Below are positions 36,045 through 49,456 of a stretch of 64,000 nt of DNA, in pieces. The stretch is from an uncultured Arcobacter sp. GTDB lineage: Bacteria > Campylobacterota > Campylobacteria > Campylobacterales > Arcobacteraceae. A program made the position numbers and the translations under genes. The number at the start of each line of letters is the position of its first letter. Position 1 is the first letter of the stretch. The notes beneath the pieces were generated by a model. It saw nothing but the letters and a program-made list of their open reading frames with translations. It was not told the origin of the DNA and did no database searches. Where the stretch lies: contig OZ223300.1 in assembly GCA_965140705.1 (NCBI GenBank), positions 1,792,001-1,856,000 on the forward strand, read 5' to 3'.

Positions 36045-38657
36045 ATGTTAAATATTTTTTCAAAAATTTTTGGTACGAGAAATGATAAAGAAGTAAAGAG
36101 ATATAAGAAAAGAGCTGAAGCAATAACTCTACTTGAGCCAAAGTATGAGCAAATGAGCGATGATGAGATAAAAGCTAAATTTGAGACTTTAAAAAGTGAT
36201 GTTCAAAGTGAATCAGTAAAATTAAATGATATTTTAAATGATGTATTTGCCATAGTTAGGGAAGCTAGTAAAAGAGTCCTAAATATGCGACATTATGATG
36301 TTCAATTAATAGGTGGTATGGTTTTAAATGATGGAAGAATAGCAGAGATGAAGACTGGTGAGGGGAAAACTTTAGTTGCCTCATTACCAGTTGTATTAAA
36401 TGCTATGACAGGTAAAGGAGTTCATGTAGTTACAGTAAATGACTATCTTGCGTCTAGAGATGCTGCTGAACTATCACCTTTATATAACTTCCTTGGATTT
36501 ACTGTTGGTACAATATTAGGGGATATTAGAGATGAAGAAGAGAGAAAAGCTCAATATGCTTGTGATATCACTTATGGTACAAATAACGAGTTTGGGTTTG
36601 ATTATTTAAGAGATAACATGAACTATGACTTAAATGAGTGTGTTCAAAGACAACATCACTTTGTAATCGTAGATGAAGTGGATTCAATCTTAATTGATGA
36701 AGCAAGAACTCCTCTTATCATATCAGGACCTTCAAATAGAAAAGGATCAGATTATGCAAAAGCTGATCAAATCGCCAAAAAGCTTGAAAAAGGTGAAAAA
36801 ATTGAACCTAAAAGAGCTGATGAATCAGCTATTACAACTGGTGACTTTATCGTTGATGAAAAAAGTAAATCTGTACTTTTAACAGAACAAGGTCAAAAGA
36901 AAGCAGAAGAGTTATTTGGAGTTGAAAATCTTTATTTGCTTGAAAATGCAACACTTTCTCATACTTTAGACCAAGCACTTAAAGCTAACTATGTATTTGA
37001 AATAGATGTTGATTATGTAGTAAAAGACAACGAAGTAATCATTGTAGATGAATTTACAGGTAGATTAAGTGAAGGGAGAAGATTCTCTGAAGGTTTACAC
37101 CAAGCACTTGAAGCAAAAGAGAATGTTTCTATTCAAGATGAGTCACAAACATTGGCAGATATCACATTTCAAAATTACTTCAGAATGTATGATAAACTAG
37201 CTGGTATGACAGGTACAGCCCAAACAGAAGCGACAGAATTTGCTGAGATTTATAACCTTGATGTTGTATCTATTCCAACAAATGTTCCTGTTACAAGAAT
37301 TGATAAAAATGACCTTATTTATAAAAGTGAAAGGGAAAAATTTGATGCAGTTTGTAATAAAATTGCAGAGCTACATAAAAAAGGGCAACCAGTACTTGTA
37401 GGTACTGCTTCAATTGAAAAATCAGAAAAATTACATGAAATATTAAAACAAAAGAAAATACCTCATACAGTTTTAAATGCAAAACAACATGAAAAAGAGG
37501 GAAAAATAATTGCTGATGCTGGACAAAAAGGTGCAGTAACAATTGCTACAAATATGGCAGGACGGGGAGTTGATATTAAATTAACTCAAGAAATTCTAGA
37601 CCTTGGTGGATTAGCAATCATAGGAACAGAAAGACACGAAAGTAGAAGAATTGATAATCAGTTAAGAGGAAGAGCTGGTCGTCAAGGTGATGTGGGTGAA
37701 TCTCAATTTTATCTATCATTAGAAGATAATCTTCTAAGAATATTTGGAAGTGATAAAATCAAAGGTATCATGGAAAGATTAGGCATTGAAGAAGGTGAAC
37801 ATATCGAATCTAAAATGGTTACACGTGCTGTTGAAAATGCACAGAAAAAAGTGGAAACAATGCACTTTGAGAGTAGAAAACACCTTTTAGAATATGATGA
37901 TGTTGCAAATAAACAAAGAAAAGTGATATACAGCTTTAGAAATGATTTATTAGACCCTAATTTTAAAATTACTGAAAAACTTGATGAAAATAGAGCCGAA
38001 TATATTTCAAACTTACTTATGCATGCAAATATCATAAATGGTATGGCAGCAGAAGATTTTGATTATGACTTTATTATTAACAAAGTAAAAGAAGAATTAA
38101 ACTTAGAACTTACATTAGAAAATATAAGATCAGAATCTTTTGATGATTTACAAGAAAAACTACTTACAATCATAAAAGAAGTATATGAAGAAAAAATGAG
38201 TATGGCAGCTCCTGAACAAAAAGCTGAAATAGAAAGAATTCTTTACTTACAAATTCTTGATAATGCTTGGAGAGAGCACTTATACTCAATGGATAACCTA
38301 AAAACGGGTATAGGTCTACGAGGTTATAACCAAAAAGATCCATTAGTTGAATATAAAAAAGAATCTTACAATATGTTCTTAGAGCTTATTGCAAATATTA
38401 AAAATGAAATTGTCAAAATATTATTCACAGTTCAATTAAGAGATTCACAAGAAGAAGAGAAAGAAAAAGAAGCAATTGAAGCTATGAGAGCAAAAATGAT
38501 AGAAGCTTCTGAAAATATATCAACTAATTTTGAAGAAGTTCCAAGAGCAGAAAAGAAAATAGCTAGAAATGATCCTTGTCCTTGTGGTAGTGGGAAAAAA
38601 TATAAACAATGTTGTGGAGTAAGTGGTCCTAAAAGAGGATTAGTAGCAGGTAAATAA
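36045..38657 (+). CDS. secA: Preprotein translocase ATPase SecA
   Basis: [38 protein letters not shown] and a C-terminal SEC-C motif [13 protein letters not shown]. Confidence 0.99.
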   Translation: MLNIFSKIFGTRNDKEVKRYKKRAEAITLLEPKYEQMSDDEIKAKFETLKSDVQSESVKLNDILNDVFAIVREASKRVLNMRHYDVQLIGGMVLNDGRIAEMKTGEGKTLVASLPVVLNAMTGKGVHVVTVNDYLASRDAAELSPLYNFLGFTVGTILGDIRDEEERKAQYACDITYGTNNEFGFDYLRDNMNYDLNECVQRQHHFVIVDEVDSILIDEARTPLIISGPSNRKGSDYAKADQIAKKLEKGEKIEPKRADESAITTGDFIVDEKSKSVLLTEQGQKKAEELFGVENLYLLENATLSHTLDQALKANYVFEIDVDYVVKDNEVIIVDEFTGRLSEGRRFSEGLHQALEAKENVSIQDESQTLADITFQNYFRMYDKLAGMTGTAQTEATEFAEIYNLDVVSIPTNVPVTRIDKNDLIYKSEREKFDAVCNKIAELHKKGQPVLVGTASIEKSEKLHEILKQKKIPHTVLNAKQHEKEGKIIADAGQKGAVTIATNMAGRGVDIKLTQEILDLGGLAIIGTERHESRRIDNQLRGRAGRQGDVGESQFYLSLEDNLLRIFGSDKIKGIMERLGIEEGEHIESKMVTRAVENAQKKVETMHFESRKHLLEYDDVANKQRKVIYSFRNDLLDPNFKITEKLDENRAEYISNLLMHANIINGMAAEDFDYDFIINKVKEELNLELTLENIRSESFDDLQEKLLTIIKEVYEEKMSMAAPEQKAEIERILYLQILDNAWREHLYSMDNLKTGIGLRGYNQKDPLVEYKKESYNMFLELIANIKNEIVKILFTVQLRDSQEEEKEKEAIEAMRAKMIEASENISTNFEEVPRAEKKIARNDPCPCGSGKKYKQCCGVSGPKRGLVAGK

Positions 38658-38658
38658 T

Positions 38659-39867
38659 TTGAATAATCAACTTATTAACTTTATTGTCAAAAAATACTTA
38701 AAATTTGACAAAAAGAACCCTTTTATATCAATAAGTGCAATTTTGGCATTTGTTGGTGTAGCTGTGGGTGTTATGGTGCTTATCATAACAATGGCTATTA
38801 TGAATGGAACAGAAAAAGAGTTTAAAGATAAACTTTTTACTATGAATTATCCTTTATCTGTATATGCAAAGTTCGGAAATGGCATAAATGATGATTTACT
38901 TAATCATCTTGAAAAAAAATTTCCAAATCTAAAGTTTTCTCCATATATATCTTCGCAAGCAATAGTCCAACATGATGAAAAGATATCAGGTGGTCTAATT
39001 TTTGGTGTTGATCCCAAAAGAGAAGCTAAGATAAACTCTATTTACGCAAAAGCTACAAAAAACCTAGTGTTAAACAAGTATGATTTAATTACAGGAATTG
39101 GAACATCTGATAAACTTTATTTATACGATGATAGTAAAGTAACAATGTATTTTACCTCTTTAAATCCAAATGGCTTTTCAATGATGCCAAAAATGAAAAG
39201 ATTTAACTACAAAGGCTCTTTTCGTTCAGGATTAAATGCATACGATAATTCATATATGTACACATCAGCTGCTGCTTTAAGAACAATACTAAGAAAAAAA
39301 GATGATTATTATGATGGTATTCATATTTATTCAAATGATGCCTTTAATGACATAAAACTATTAGAAAAAGATCTTCAAAAATACCCAAGTGTTGGAGTAA
39401 TTGGATGGTGGCAACAAAATGGAAACTTTTTCTCTGCAATGGCTTTAGAGAAAAAAGCTCTTTTTGTTGTTTTGATGTTGATTATATTAGTAGCTTCACT
39501 TAATATCATTTCATCATTACTTATGACAGTTATGAGTAGAAGAAAAGAAATAGCCCTACTTTTATCAATGGGTGCAACAAATAAAGAGATAAAGAAAATA
39601 TTTTTAAAACTTGGTATTGTAATTGGTTTTTCTGGTATTATAATTGGTACATTATTAGGTTTTTTTGGTATTTTTATACTTGATAATTTTAATATTATCT
39701 CTCTTCCAGCTGATGTTTATGGAACAAGTAAACTTCCTTTGGATTTAGATATGATTGACTTCATATCAATTATAATTGGTTCAGTAATAATTATATTATT
39801 ATCTTCATATTATCCTGCCTCAAAAGCTACTAAAATTGATGTTATTGATGTCCTAAGAAATGAATAA
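38659..39867 (+). CDS. Lipoprotein-releasing ABC transporter permease (LolC/E/F family)
   Basis: GVAVGVMVLI..MAIMNG, LNIISSLLMTVMSRRKEIALL.SMGA and YPA.KA motifs. Confidence 0.9.
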   Translation: MNNQLINFIVKKYLKFDKKNPFISISAILAFVGVAVGVMVLIITMAIMNGTEKEFKDKLFTMNYPLSVYAKFGNGINDDLLNHLEKKFPNLKFSPYISSQAIVQHDEKISGGLIFGVDPKREAKINSIYAKATKNLVLNKYDLITGIGTSDKLYLYDDSKVTMYFTSLNPNGFSMMPKMKRFNYKGSFRSGLNAYDNSYMYTSAAALRTILRKKDDYYDGIHIYSNDAFNDIKLLEKDLQKYPSVGVIGWWQQNGNFFSAMALEKKALFVVLMLIILVASLNIISSLLMTVMSRRKEIALLLSMGATNKEIKKIFLKLGIVIGFSGIIIGTLLGFFGIFILDNFNIISLPADVYGTSKLPLDLDMIDFISIIIGSVIIILLSSYYPASKATKIDVIDVLRNE

Positions 39868-39871
39868 ACTT

Positions 39872-42781
39872 TTACTTCCCAAATAGCTTTGCTGGTGAAG
39901 TAATTATTCTTTTTATAACGTCAATTGGTGCTGAAATAGAATCTTTTGCCAAATTTGTATTTATTTTAGGGTCATTTAAACTACCTGTAATATCGACTTT
40001 TGTAGATACTCTTTTATCATCACCTAAAAAGATATAACTTAAACCTGGTATATAACTAACTATCTTACTATAATCTTTCATAAAAATTAAATCAACACTT
40101 GAATCTATAGTTGAATCTTTTAGATTAATTGTTGCATAACCGTCAAAATCAACTGAATTACCAATTGTATGTATCTTAATCAAATTTAATATTTTGTTAT
40201 CAAAATCATAAGTGAAATCTACATACCCTTCATTTACAGCATATCCATTTAGATTAAAACCACCATTTGTAACCATTCCAAAAACGGCAGGAATAGCTAA
40301 TAAAGGATTTATAAGTGCAGGGCTTGTATTTACTAAAGTAATGATATTATTTAATATATTTAAATTTAATAATCTATTTTTATTAAAAAGCATTTTCCCA
40401 GTCATAAAATTGTATTTCCCATCAGCAGTTAAGGAAAAAGTTCCTCCTTTTATAAGCTCTTTATCAAAAAAAGTATTTACAAAGTTATCATTAATATTTT
40501 TAGCATCTAAACTAATATTTTTATAGATATCTCTTGTATATCTTATTTTTCCATTTAAATAATCTAAATCAAATATCGCTTTGTTTCCATTTGAAGTAAT
40601 ATTATATTTATCTGCTAAAACCTTATATTTATCATTTACAATTATATTTGAATCTTTACCTTCAATTTTCACTTTTTTATACTTATCTACCCTTGAAGTT
40701 TCAGTATCATACATCAAATCATAGTTTTTTAGTTTTAAATAGAAATCATTATCATTTTTCAAAGTTAAATCAATATTTTTATCTTTTGAAATAACTTTTA
40801 TTAAATCTTTTTTAGAATATCCTTTTATATTTAAAGTATCTATTTTCTTTTTCCCATTACTAATTGGAATATCAAGTTTTCCAAAAGTACCATCAAAAAA
40901 TACATTGTCTTTTATTAAATCTATATTTGAATCTATAGAATAAAAACTATTATCTTTTAAAAATATATTGGAATTTATTAATCTAATACTTAAGTCTTGT
41001 CCTAAACTATTTTTTTCTTTATCATCAGTTAAATCAATATCATAAGAGTTAATTATCAAATTAATTTTATCCTTTATAATATCGATTTTAAGATCATTGG
41101 AATATGTATTTATAGTAGTTTTTTTATCATTTATCAATCCAAATAATCTTAAAGTATCTACTTTTTTGCCATCTTTTTTTAGTGGTAATTTAAGATCATA
41201 CAAATTTGTCAAAAAGTTAATATTATTTTTATCATCTAATTTTATATCTATGTCACCTTTTTTTATATCTAAATCTTTTAAAAGTTTTGAATATGGATAA
41301 ACTTTCCCTATATCTTTAATATTTATATCTGTAGCATCTTTTTGAAATAAAATTTGGGTATCCAAATCATTAATAGTAAATTTTGTATTCTCTTTAAAAT
41401 TTATGGCAAAATCAATTTTTTTATTTTCCATATTTACAATTTCTTGATTATCACTTTTTATTAAAAGTTTATTCAATAAAGCATTACCCTTTGAATCCAT
41501 AGTTTTAGTATTAATTTTTAAATTTACTTTTGCATCTATCATATCTTTATGGGCAAAATCAGTATCTTTTATAATTACATCGCTATTTATTAAATCAACA
41601 CTTCCTTGTTTTGAGTAAAATTCAAAATCATTTATCTTAAAAGTTGAATCTTTACTTTTAAATACACCAAAAGTCTTCATAGGAGAATCATAGGGTATAT
41701 ATAAGTGCACATTAGCATCAGTTTTACCTGATAGTTGTTTTATAGGAAGATTTATCTTATAGGCTTTTAAAATGCCTAAGACATTATCATCAAGCATGTG
41801 AGTAGCTTTTAAAGTTACATCCACATGTCCATCTTTTAAACTTGTCATATCATGTATATCCACAAAACTACCATCAATACTTATACCTTTAAAAATAGGC
41901 TTTTTTAAATTAATTAATAAATTATCATTTTGATATTGTATATTTATAAGTGGAGTTTCTACAGCATCCAAATCATTATGAAACTTAACTTTTGCATCTG
42001 TAACTCTTGCATATCCTTTAATACTTTTTAAAATAGGTGTTAAAGTTTTTAAATTAATTTTTCCATACAAATAATCTAAGTAAATTTTTCCTTTTACATT
42101 ATCATACATCCATGATTCAGCTATTTTGTCTAGTCTTACATATTTTTTCAAGAATTTTATATTTTTCATCTCACCAGAATTTATAAAAAAATCAAGTTCA
42201 TCTTTCGATGATTGAATATTTAATTTACCACTTGCCAAATTTTCGTAATCATAATTTCCTAAAAAAACTAAAATATTGTTATGTAAATCTAATTTTATTT
42301 TTCCTAATAGCAATAAATCAATATCTTTTAAATAAATAGAATAAATATTTAATTTTAGAACATCACCCTCTTTTGAATACTGTGAAGCTATATTTACAAA
42401 CTTATTATCCACATAAATATAATCATCATCTAGTCTTATTTTAAAAGTATTATCTGCTATTTTCATAGTTTCAATATCAATACTTTGAAATAAATCAAGA
42501 ATCATAGGAGCTTTACTTATCATAGACTTTATATCTTCAAATGAGCTATGAACTTTTGTTTTTTTGTTTTTTATATCTATTTCATCTATTCGTAAAATGA
42601 GCTTTTTATCAATTTTAATATAAAATTTCGAAACTGAAAAATTACCAAAAGAGAATGAATCCAAATTGATACCATTAATTAAGAAAAAAACTAAAAATGA
42701 CATTAGTGATAAAAAGAATAAAATAAAAGCAATAATTTTTTTTAGTAACATTATAGAAGTAATCCTGGTATTTAGTATCAT
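39872..42781 (-). CDS. YhdP/AsmA-like bridge protein (DUF3971 + AsmA_2)
   Basis: N-terminal TM anchor, long beta-rich body and an AsmA-like C-terminus (G..VDF.G..., IPGL.YIFLG, ITGSL.DP). The start may be 42751. Confidence 0.8.
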   Translation of the reverse strand: MILNTRITSIMLLKKIIAFILFFLSLMSFLVFFLINGINLDSFSFGNFSVSKFYIKIDKKLILRIDEIDIKNKKTKVHSSFEDIKSMISKAPMILDLFQSIDIETMKIADNTFKIRLDDDYIYVDNKFVNIASQYSKEGDVLKLNIYSIYLKDIDLLLLGKIKLDLHNNILVFLGNYDYENLASGKLNIQSSKDELDFFINSGEMKNIKFLKKYVRLDKIAESWMYDNVKGKIYLDYLYGKINLKTLTPILKSIKGYARVTDAKVKFHNDLDAVETPLINIQYQNDNLLINLKKPIFKGISIDGSFVDIHDMTSLKDGHVDVTLKATHMLDDNVLGILKAYKINLPIKQLSGKTDANVHLYIPYDSPMKTFGVFKSKDSTFKINDFEFYSKQGSVDLINSDVIIKDTDFAHKDMIDAKVNLKINTKTMDSKGNALLNKLLIKSDNQEIVNMENKKIDFAINFKENTKFTINDLDTQILFQKDATDINIKDIGKVYPYSKLLKDLDIKKGDIDIKLDDKNNINFLTNLYDLKLPLKKDGKKVDTLRLFGLINDKKTTINTYSNDLKIDIIKDKINLIINSYDIDLTDDKEKNSLGQDLSIRLINSNIFLKDNSFYSIDSNIDLIKDNVFFDGTFGKLDIPISNGKKKIDTLNIKGYSKKDLIKVISKDKNIDLTLKNDNDFYLKLKNYDLMYDTETSRVDKYKKVKIEGKDSNIIVNDKYKVLADKYNITSNGNKAIFDLDYLNGKIRYTRDIYKNISLDAKNINDNFVNTFFDKELIKGGTFSLTADGKYNFMTGKMLFNKNRLLNLNILNNIITLVNTSPALINPLLAIPAVFGMVTNGGFNLNGYAVNEGYVDFTYDFDNKILNLIKIHTIGNSVDFDGYATINLKDSTIDSSVDLIFMKDYSKIVSYIPGLSYIFLGDDKRVSTKVDITGSLNDPKINTNLAKDSISAPIDVIKRIITSPAKLFGK

Positions 42782-43751
42782 AATACTTTTTTATATAACA
42801 ATTCCCCTATCATCTTCAAAGGTAATTTTTATACCTAAAGGGAGCACAAATTATATTATAACATACCTAAATAAATCAGGTTATGACTTAAATATAATAG
42901 ATAAAGTAATCATTAAAGCAAAAGGTTATCCTCAAAGTGGTTGGATTGATTTAAAAGCTACAAGAATGACAAAAGCTGACTTTATAAATAGACTACTTAC
43001 TTCAAAAGCAGCTTTAAAATCAATTACCTTAATTCCAGGAGAAACAGCATATTATTTTTTACAAGAAATTTCTCAAAAACTAAAATTATCTTTTCCAAAA
43101 CTTCAACAAGCTTATGAGAAATATTCATACAAACTTGATGGGAATATTTTAGCAGAAACATACAATTTACCTATAGGAATGGACGAAGATCATATTGTTT
43201 TTTATCTAATTTCATATACTGACAATAAATATAAAGAGTTTTCAAATAAGATATTTGGTCACTATATAAAAAAAAGCTGGTACAAATATGTAATAATAGC
43301 TTCTATAATTCAAAAAGAAGCAGCAAATGTTGATGAGATGTCAACAGTATCTAGTGTAATTCAAAATAGACTAAAAAAAAGAATGCCACTACAAATGGAT
43401 GGTACTTTAAACTATGGGATAAACTCCCACACTAAAGTGACATCAAAAATGATAAAAGAAGACACCTCTTCATACAATACTTATAAGTATGCAGATTTAC
43501 CAGATAATCCTGTTTGTGCTGTTAGCTTAGATGCTATAAAAGCTGCAATTTTTCCATCAAAAAGTCAATATTTATATTTTTATAGAGATAAAACTACAGG
43601 AAAACATCTATTTACAAATACATACAAAGAACATATAAATAATATAAAAAAATTAAAAAATGCAAAAAGAGTAGAAGAAAAGGTATTTCCTAAAAAAGAT
43701 AAGACAGAATCTAAAAAAACTATAAAAAGTCTTTGGAAATCTGTTAATTAG
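42666..43751 (+). CDS. mltG: Endolytic transglycosylase MltG (YceG)
   Basis: TLIPGE, ASIIQKE (catalytic Glu), NRLKKRMPLQMD, YNTY, YLYF. Confidence 0.93.
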   Translation: MIPLIKKKTKNDISDKKNKIKAIIFFSNIIEVILVFSIIILFYITIPLSSSKVIFIPKGSTNYIITYLNKSGYDLNIIDKVIIKAKGYPQSGWIDLKATRMTKADFINRLLTSKAALKSITLIPGETAYYFLQEISQKLKLSFPKLQQAYEKYSYKLDGNILAETYNLPIGMDEDHIVFYLISYTDNKYKEFSNKIFGHYIKKSWYKYVIIASIIQKEAANVDEMSTVSSVIQNRLKKRMPLQMDGTLNYGINSHTKVTSKMIKEDTSSYNTYKYADLPDNPVCAVSLDAIKAAIFPSKSQYLYFYRDKTTGKHLFTNTYKEHINNIKKLKNAKRVEEKVFPKKDKTESKKTIKSLWKSVN

Positions 43752-43853
43752 TTGAGAAGTATTGAAACAAGAAATTTAAACTGTTTCTTTATTGACACTT
43801 ATTTAAAATATTATGTATAAAATAATGATAATATGACCTACACGAAAACTTAA

Positions 43854-46064
<2,211 letters not shown>

Positions 46065-46084
46065 TTTTTATTAAATATAATTAT

Positions 46085-46114
46085 AAAGGTAGGTCATTTG
46101 ACCTACCTTTTTTT
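46085..46114 (+). terminator. Rho-independent terminator after icd
   Basis: AAAGGTAGGTCA-TT-TGACCTACCTTT followed by a T run. Confidence 0.85.
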
Positions 46115-46140
46115 ATTTGTAATTTTGAAGGAATACTATT

Positions 46141-47088
46141 ATGAAAAACAAAAAAGTAGGAATTATTGGAGTTGGAAATGTAGGTTCAACCCTTGCTTAT
46201 GCCTTAGCTTCAAAAGGAATTTGTGGAAAAATAGTTTTAAAAGATATTAGAGAAAATATTGTAAAAGCAATGGCTTTAGACATCTCCCAAGCTGCAAATG
46301 CTGCAAGTTCTAGTACACTTGTAAGTGCCGCAAAAGATTCAAACGATTTAAAAGATTGTGATGTTATTGTTATAACTGCAGGAATACCAAGAAAACCAGG
46401 TATGAGTAGAGATGATTTACTTCTTACAAATGCGAAAATTATGAAAATAGTTGTAAAAGATATAGAAGAACAAGCTCCAAATGCAATTATAATAGTGGTA
46501 TCAAATCCTCTTGATGTGATGGTTTACACAGCACTAAAAGTTTCAAACTTTCCTAAAAATCAAATCATAGGAATGGCAGGTATTTTAGATAGTGCAAGAA
46601 TGAGCCACTTTATTCTAGAAAAACTAGGCTATGGAGCAGGACAAATAAATGCTTCTGTTATGGGTGGACATGGAGATGATATGGTTCCCCTACCAAACTT
46701 CTCAACAGTAGCAGGAGTACATTTAAGTGAAGTTCTTAGTTCACAAGATATAGAAGATATAGTAGAAAAAACAAAAAATGGTGGAGCTCAAATAGTAAAA
46801 TACCTAGAAACAGGCTCAGCATACTATGCTCCTGCCCACTCTACCTCACTTATGGTAGAAGCAATCTTACATGATAAAAAAGAAGTTTACCCTTGTGCTG
46901 TTTTACTAGAGGGAGAATATGGATATAAAGATATAGTTTCAGGAGTACCAATAATGCTTGGTAAAAATGGAGTTGAAAAAGTAATAGAATTAAATCTAAC
47001 AGATGAGCAAAAAGAACTATTTAAAAAATCAGTATCCTCAGTTAAAGAATTAGTTGATACACTAAATAAAAACAACTTTTTCGAATAG
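46141..47088 (+). CDS. mdh: Malate dehydrogenase (LDH-like)
   Basis: GVGNVG, TAGIPRKPGMSRDDLL, VSNPLD, LDSAR, GGHGD. Confidence 0.96.
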   Translation: MKNKKVGIIGVGNVGSTLAYALASKGICGKIVLKDIRENIVKAMALDISQAANAASSSTLVSAAKDSNDLKDCDVIVITAGIPRKPGMSRDDLLLTNAKIMKIVVKDIEEQAPNAIIIVVSNPLDVMVYTALKVSNFPKNQIIGMAGILDSARMSHFILEKLGYGAGQINASVMGGHGDDMVPLPNFSTVAGVHLSEVLSSQDIEDIVEKTKNGGAQIVKYLETGSAYYAPAHSTSLMVEAILHDKKEVYPCAVLLEGEYGYKDIVSGVPIMLGKNGVEKVIELNLTDEQKELFKKSVSSVKELVDTLNKNNFFE

Positions 47089-47195
47089 GAAATAACTTAA
47101 GCCCTTCCTTTATCAACTTTGTAATTTATTTCTTTAAATTCATAAAAAATTAGAGTAAAATAATAGTAGTAGAACTTTTATAAAAGGAATACACT

Positions 47196-47576
47196 ATGAA
47201 AACTCAAAAACATGAACTAACAGTTGGTATACAAAAAGTTGATAGTAGTTTTTTACTTACTATAAAAGCAGTGGGTAAACTTACCCATGAAGATTATCAA
47301 ACAATAAACCCTATGATTGATTCAGCCGTTGAAGGTATTAAAAACCCTAAAATTAGAGCTATTGTTGATTGTACTGAGCTTGAGGGGTGGGAACTTGAAG
47401 CTGCTTGGGATGATTTAAAACTTGGACTTAAACATGGAAATGAGTTTGAAAAAATTGCCATAATCAATAGTAAAACTTGGATAAAAGTTGGTTCTATAAT
47501 AGCAGCTTGCTTTATCCAAGGGGAAGTGAAAAACTTCGAAAATGAGTTAGAAGCCTTTGAATGGTTAAATGAATAA
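47196..47576 (+). CDS. SpoIIAA-like (STAS/SEC14-like) protein
   Basis: GKLTHEDY, GWELEAAWDDLK.G..H...F.KIA and A.EWL motifs. Confidence 0.85.
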   Translation: MKTQKHELTVGIQKVDSSFLLTIKAVGKLTHEDYQTINPMIDSAVEGIKNPKIRAIVDCTELEGWELEAAWDDLKLGLKHGNEFEKIAIINSKTWIKVGSIIAACFIQGEVKNFENELEAFEWLNE

Positions 47577-47603
47577 GATGCAGAGATTTTATCTCTGTAT
47601 CTT
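47575..47603. terminator. Bidirectional hairpin between convergent genes
   Basis: AAGATGCAGAGAT-TTT-ATCTCTGTATCTT. Confidence 0.65.
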
Positions 47604-48665
47604 TTACTGTAAAAGTGGTAGTTTATTTAATAACTCTTCACAATAATCCCATTGGTCTAAAGTATCTCTCCACTCTTTTGGAATAGCATTTACCCCAAAA
47701 TAAGCCCCCAGCACCATACCAATCATAATACCTCTAGAAGCATTATCACCACCAACCATAGCATTAGCTTGAAGTACCTTTTTAAGGCCATCTTCTTTGT
47801 TAGCATATTTTAAGATAAAATAAATACTTCCAGGCATAGTTCCTTCAGTAGGACTAGCTTTCCCTACTTTTATAGGTTCGCTTCTTCCCACATCCCAAAG
47901 TCTTGCCATTGAAGTAAGCGCTAAATCATCAGAAAACTGCTCTTTTGATAAATCAGATTCAGGATTTGATTCCTCTTCATATTTTGCAATTGCTTGATTA
48001 ACTTTATCTTGATAAAAACCACCCATAAGTTTTCCAACCTCTTCTATTGCGACTCTTGGTTTGCTTCCATTTATAACTCGATTTGTAACTCTAGCAAAAA
48101 ACTCTGCTCCACCTAAAGCATGAGATTCTTTATGGGTAAACATAGCTTTTTTTGCCACATCTACTAAGACTTCTTCATCATCATAGTAAGCATGAGCTGC
48201 CACATGTCTTATGGCTGTTGCATTTGAATATCCACCTAAATCTTCAGTTTTTACACCTCTTTTTACTTGTGCATAGGTTTCCCTTGTCATTGTACAAATC
48301 CAAGAACCCCAACTATTTTCTAATCTATTCATCCAATGGGGAATGATAGCTTTTACATCAAACTCTTGAATAGGATTTGTAGTTTTTGCTAAATGTTCTA
48401 ATATAAGAATATTATAATCCCCATAATCAGTTGTTCCACCAGCTTTTTTACCAGGATGATAATTTTGCTCACCCCAACCTATTCCATGGGTCATTCCACC
48501 CATCATTTCACCTGGACTCATATATTTTTCTATTGGTTTTTCACCATATGCTTTATATATTTTTTTTGCATCATATTCATAATGACTACCTAAACATAAA
48601 GCATCTGCAACAATTGATGCAAAAAAAGCACCTCTTATAGAGTCTTGTTTTGTTATATTATTCAT
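47604..48665 (-). CDS. ADP-ribosylglycohydrolase-family protein (atypical active site), second copy
   Basis: VADALCLGSHYEYD, GGTTDYGD, GGDNASRGIMIGMVLGA..G..AIP..W. Confidence 0.85.
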   Translation of the reverse strand: MNNITKQDSIRGAFFASIVADALCLGSHYEYDAKKIYKAYGEKPIEKYMSPGEMMGGMTHGIGWGEQNYHPGKKAGGTTDYGDYNILILEHLAKTTNPIQEFDVKAIIPHWMNRLENSWGSWICTMTRETYAQVKRGVKTEDLGGYSNATAIRHVAAHAYYDDEEVLVDVAKKAMFTHKESHALGGAEFFARVTNRVINGSKPRVAIEEVGKLMGGFYQDKVNQAIAKYEEESNPESDLSKEQFSDDLALTSMARLWDVGRSEPIKVGKASPTEGTMPGSIYFILKYANKEDGLKKVLQANAMVGGDNASRGIMIGMVLGAYFGVNAIPKEWRDTLDQWDYCEELLNKLPLLQ

Positions 48666-48697
48666 TTTTTTACCTAAGTTGTATGGTTGGGAGAGAT

Positions 48698-48726
48698 TAA
48701 AAAAGGGTCATGAGATATGACCCTTT
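48698..48726 (-). terminator. sodB terminator
   Basis: AAAGGGTCAT-GAGAT-ATGACCCTTT with an A run on the left, which is the U tail on the minus strand. Confidence 0.8.
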
Positions 48727-48740
48727 AAATTAGTTTTGAA

Positions 48741-49316
48741 TTATTTAAGATTTTTAGCTACAAAATCCCAGTTAACTAGTTTCCAAAAGTTTTCTAAATA
48801 GGCAGGTCTTGCATTTCTAGTATCAATATAGTATGCATGCTCCCACACGTCACATGTAAGAATTGGAGTTAAACCATCAGTTAATGGAGTTCCAGCATTT
48901 GCAGTAGAAACAATTGATAATTTACCACTTGCATCTTTAACTAACCAAGCCCATCCTGAACCAAAGTGAGTTACTGCTTTGTTTGTAAATTGAGTTTTAA
49001 ACTCTTCTACTGATCCAAAAGCTTCAACTAAAGCAGCTTCTACATCCCCAGAGATAGTTGAACCACCTGGAGTTAAACCATTCCAGAAAAAGTCATGATT
49101 AAATACTTGTGCAGCATTATTAAAAAGACCACCTTCAGCCTCTTTTACAATCTCAACTAGAGATAAATCTTCAAATTTTGTTCCAGCTATTAAATTATTT
49201 AAATTATTTACATATGTTTGATGATGTTTACCATAGTGAAATTCTAAAGTCTCTTTTGACATTAACGGTGCTAATGCATCCATTTCGTAAGGTAGTTTCA
49301 TTAATTCGTGTTTCAT
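48741..49316 (-). CDS. sodB: Iron superoxide dismutase
   Basis: [16 protein letters not shown] (the Fe-type Ala-Gln signature), [16 protein letters not shown]. Confidence 0.96.
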   Translation of the reverse strand: MKHELMKLPYEMDALAPLMSKETLEFHYGKHHQTYVNNLNNLIAGTKFEDLSLVEIVKEAEGGLFNNAAQVFNHDFFWNGLTPGGSTISGDVEAALVEAFGSVEEFKTQFTNKAVTHFGSGWAWLVKDASGKLSIVSTANAGTPLTDGLTPILTCDVWEHAYYIDTRNARPAYLENFWKLVNWDFVAKNLK

Positions 49317-49432
49317 TTTTATTCCTTTAAAAAATATTGTTGAGTAATAATGATACCCCTATTTAATTAAAAAAGAATAATAAGTTCAAATTAGTTTTAT
49401 ATTTAAGAGAAGTTTTTTTGTAATATTAGATT

Positions 49433-49456
49433 AAAAAGGGGCAAAAATCCCCTTTT
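49433..49456 (-). terminator. Terminator after hypothetical gene
   Basis: AAAAAGGGG-CAAAAAT-CCCCTTTT. Confidence 0.6.

Noticed and set aside
49317..49432. Fur/PerR box upstream of sodB
   Set aside because: Only partial AT-rich matches (AATAATGATA); not distinguishable from background by eye.
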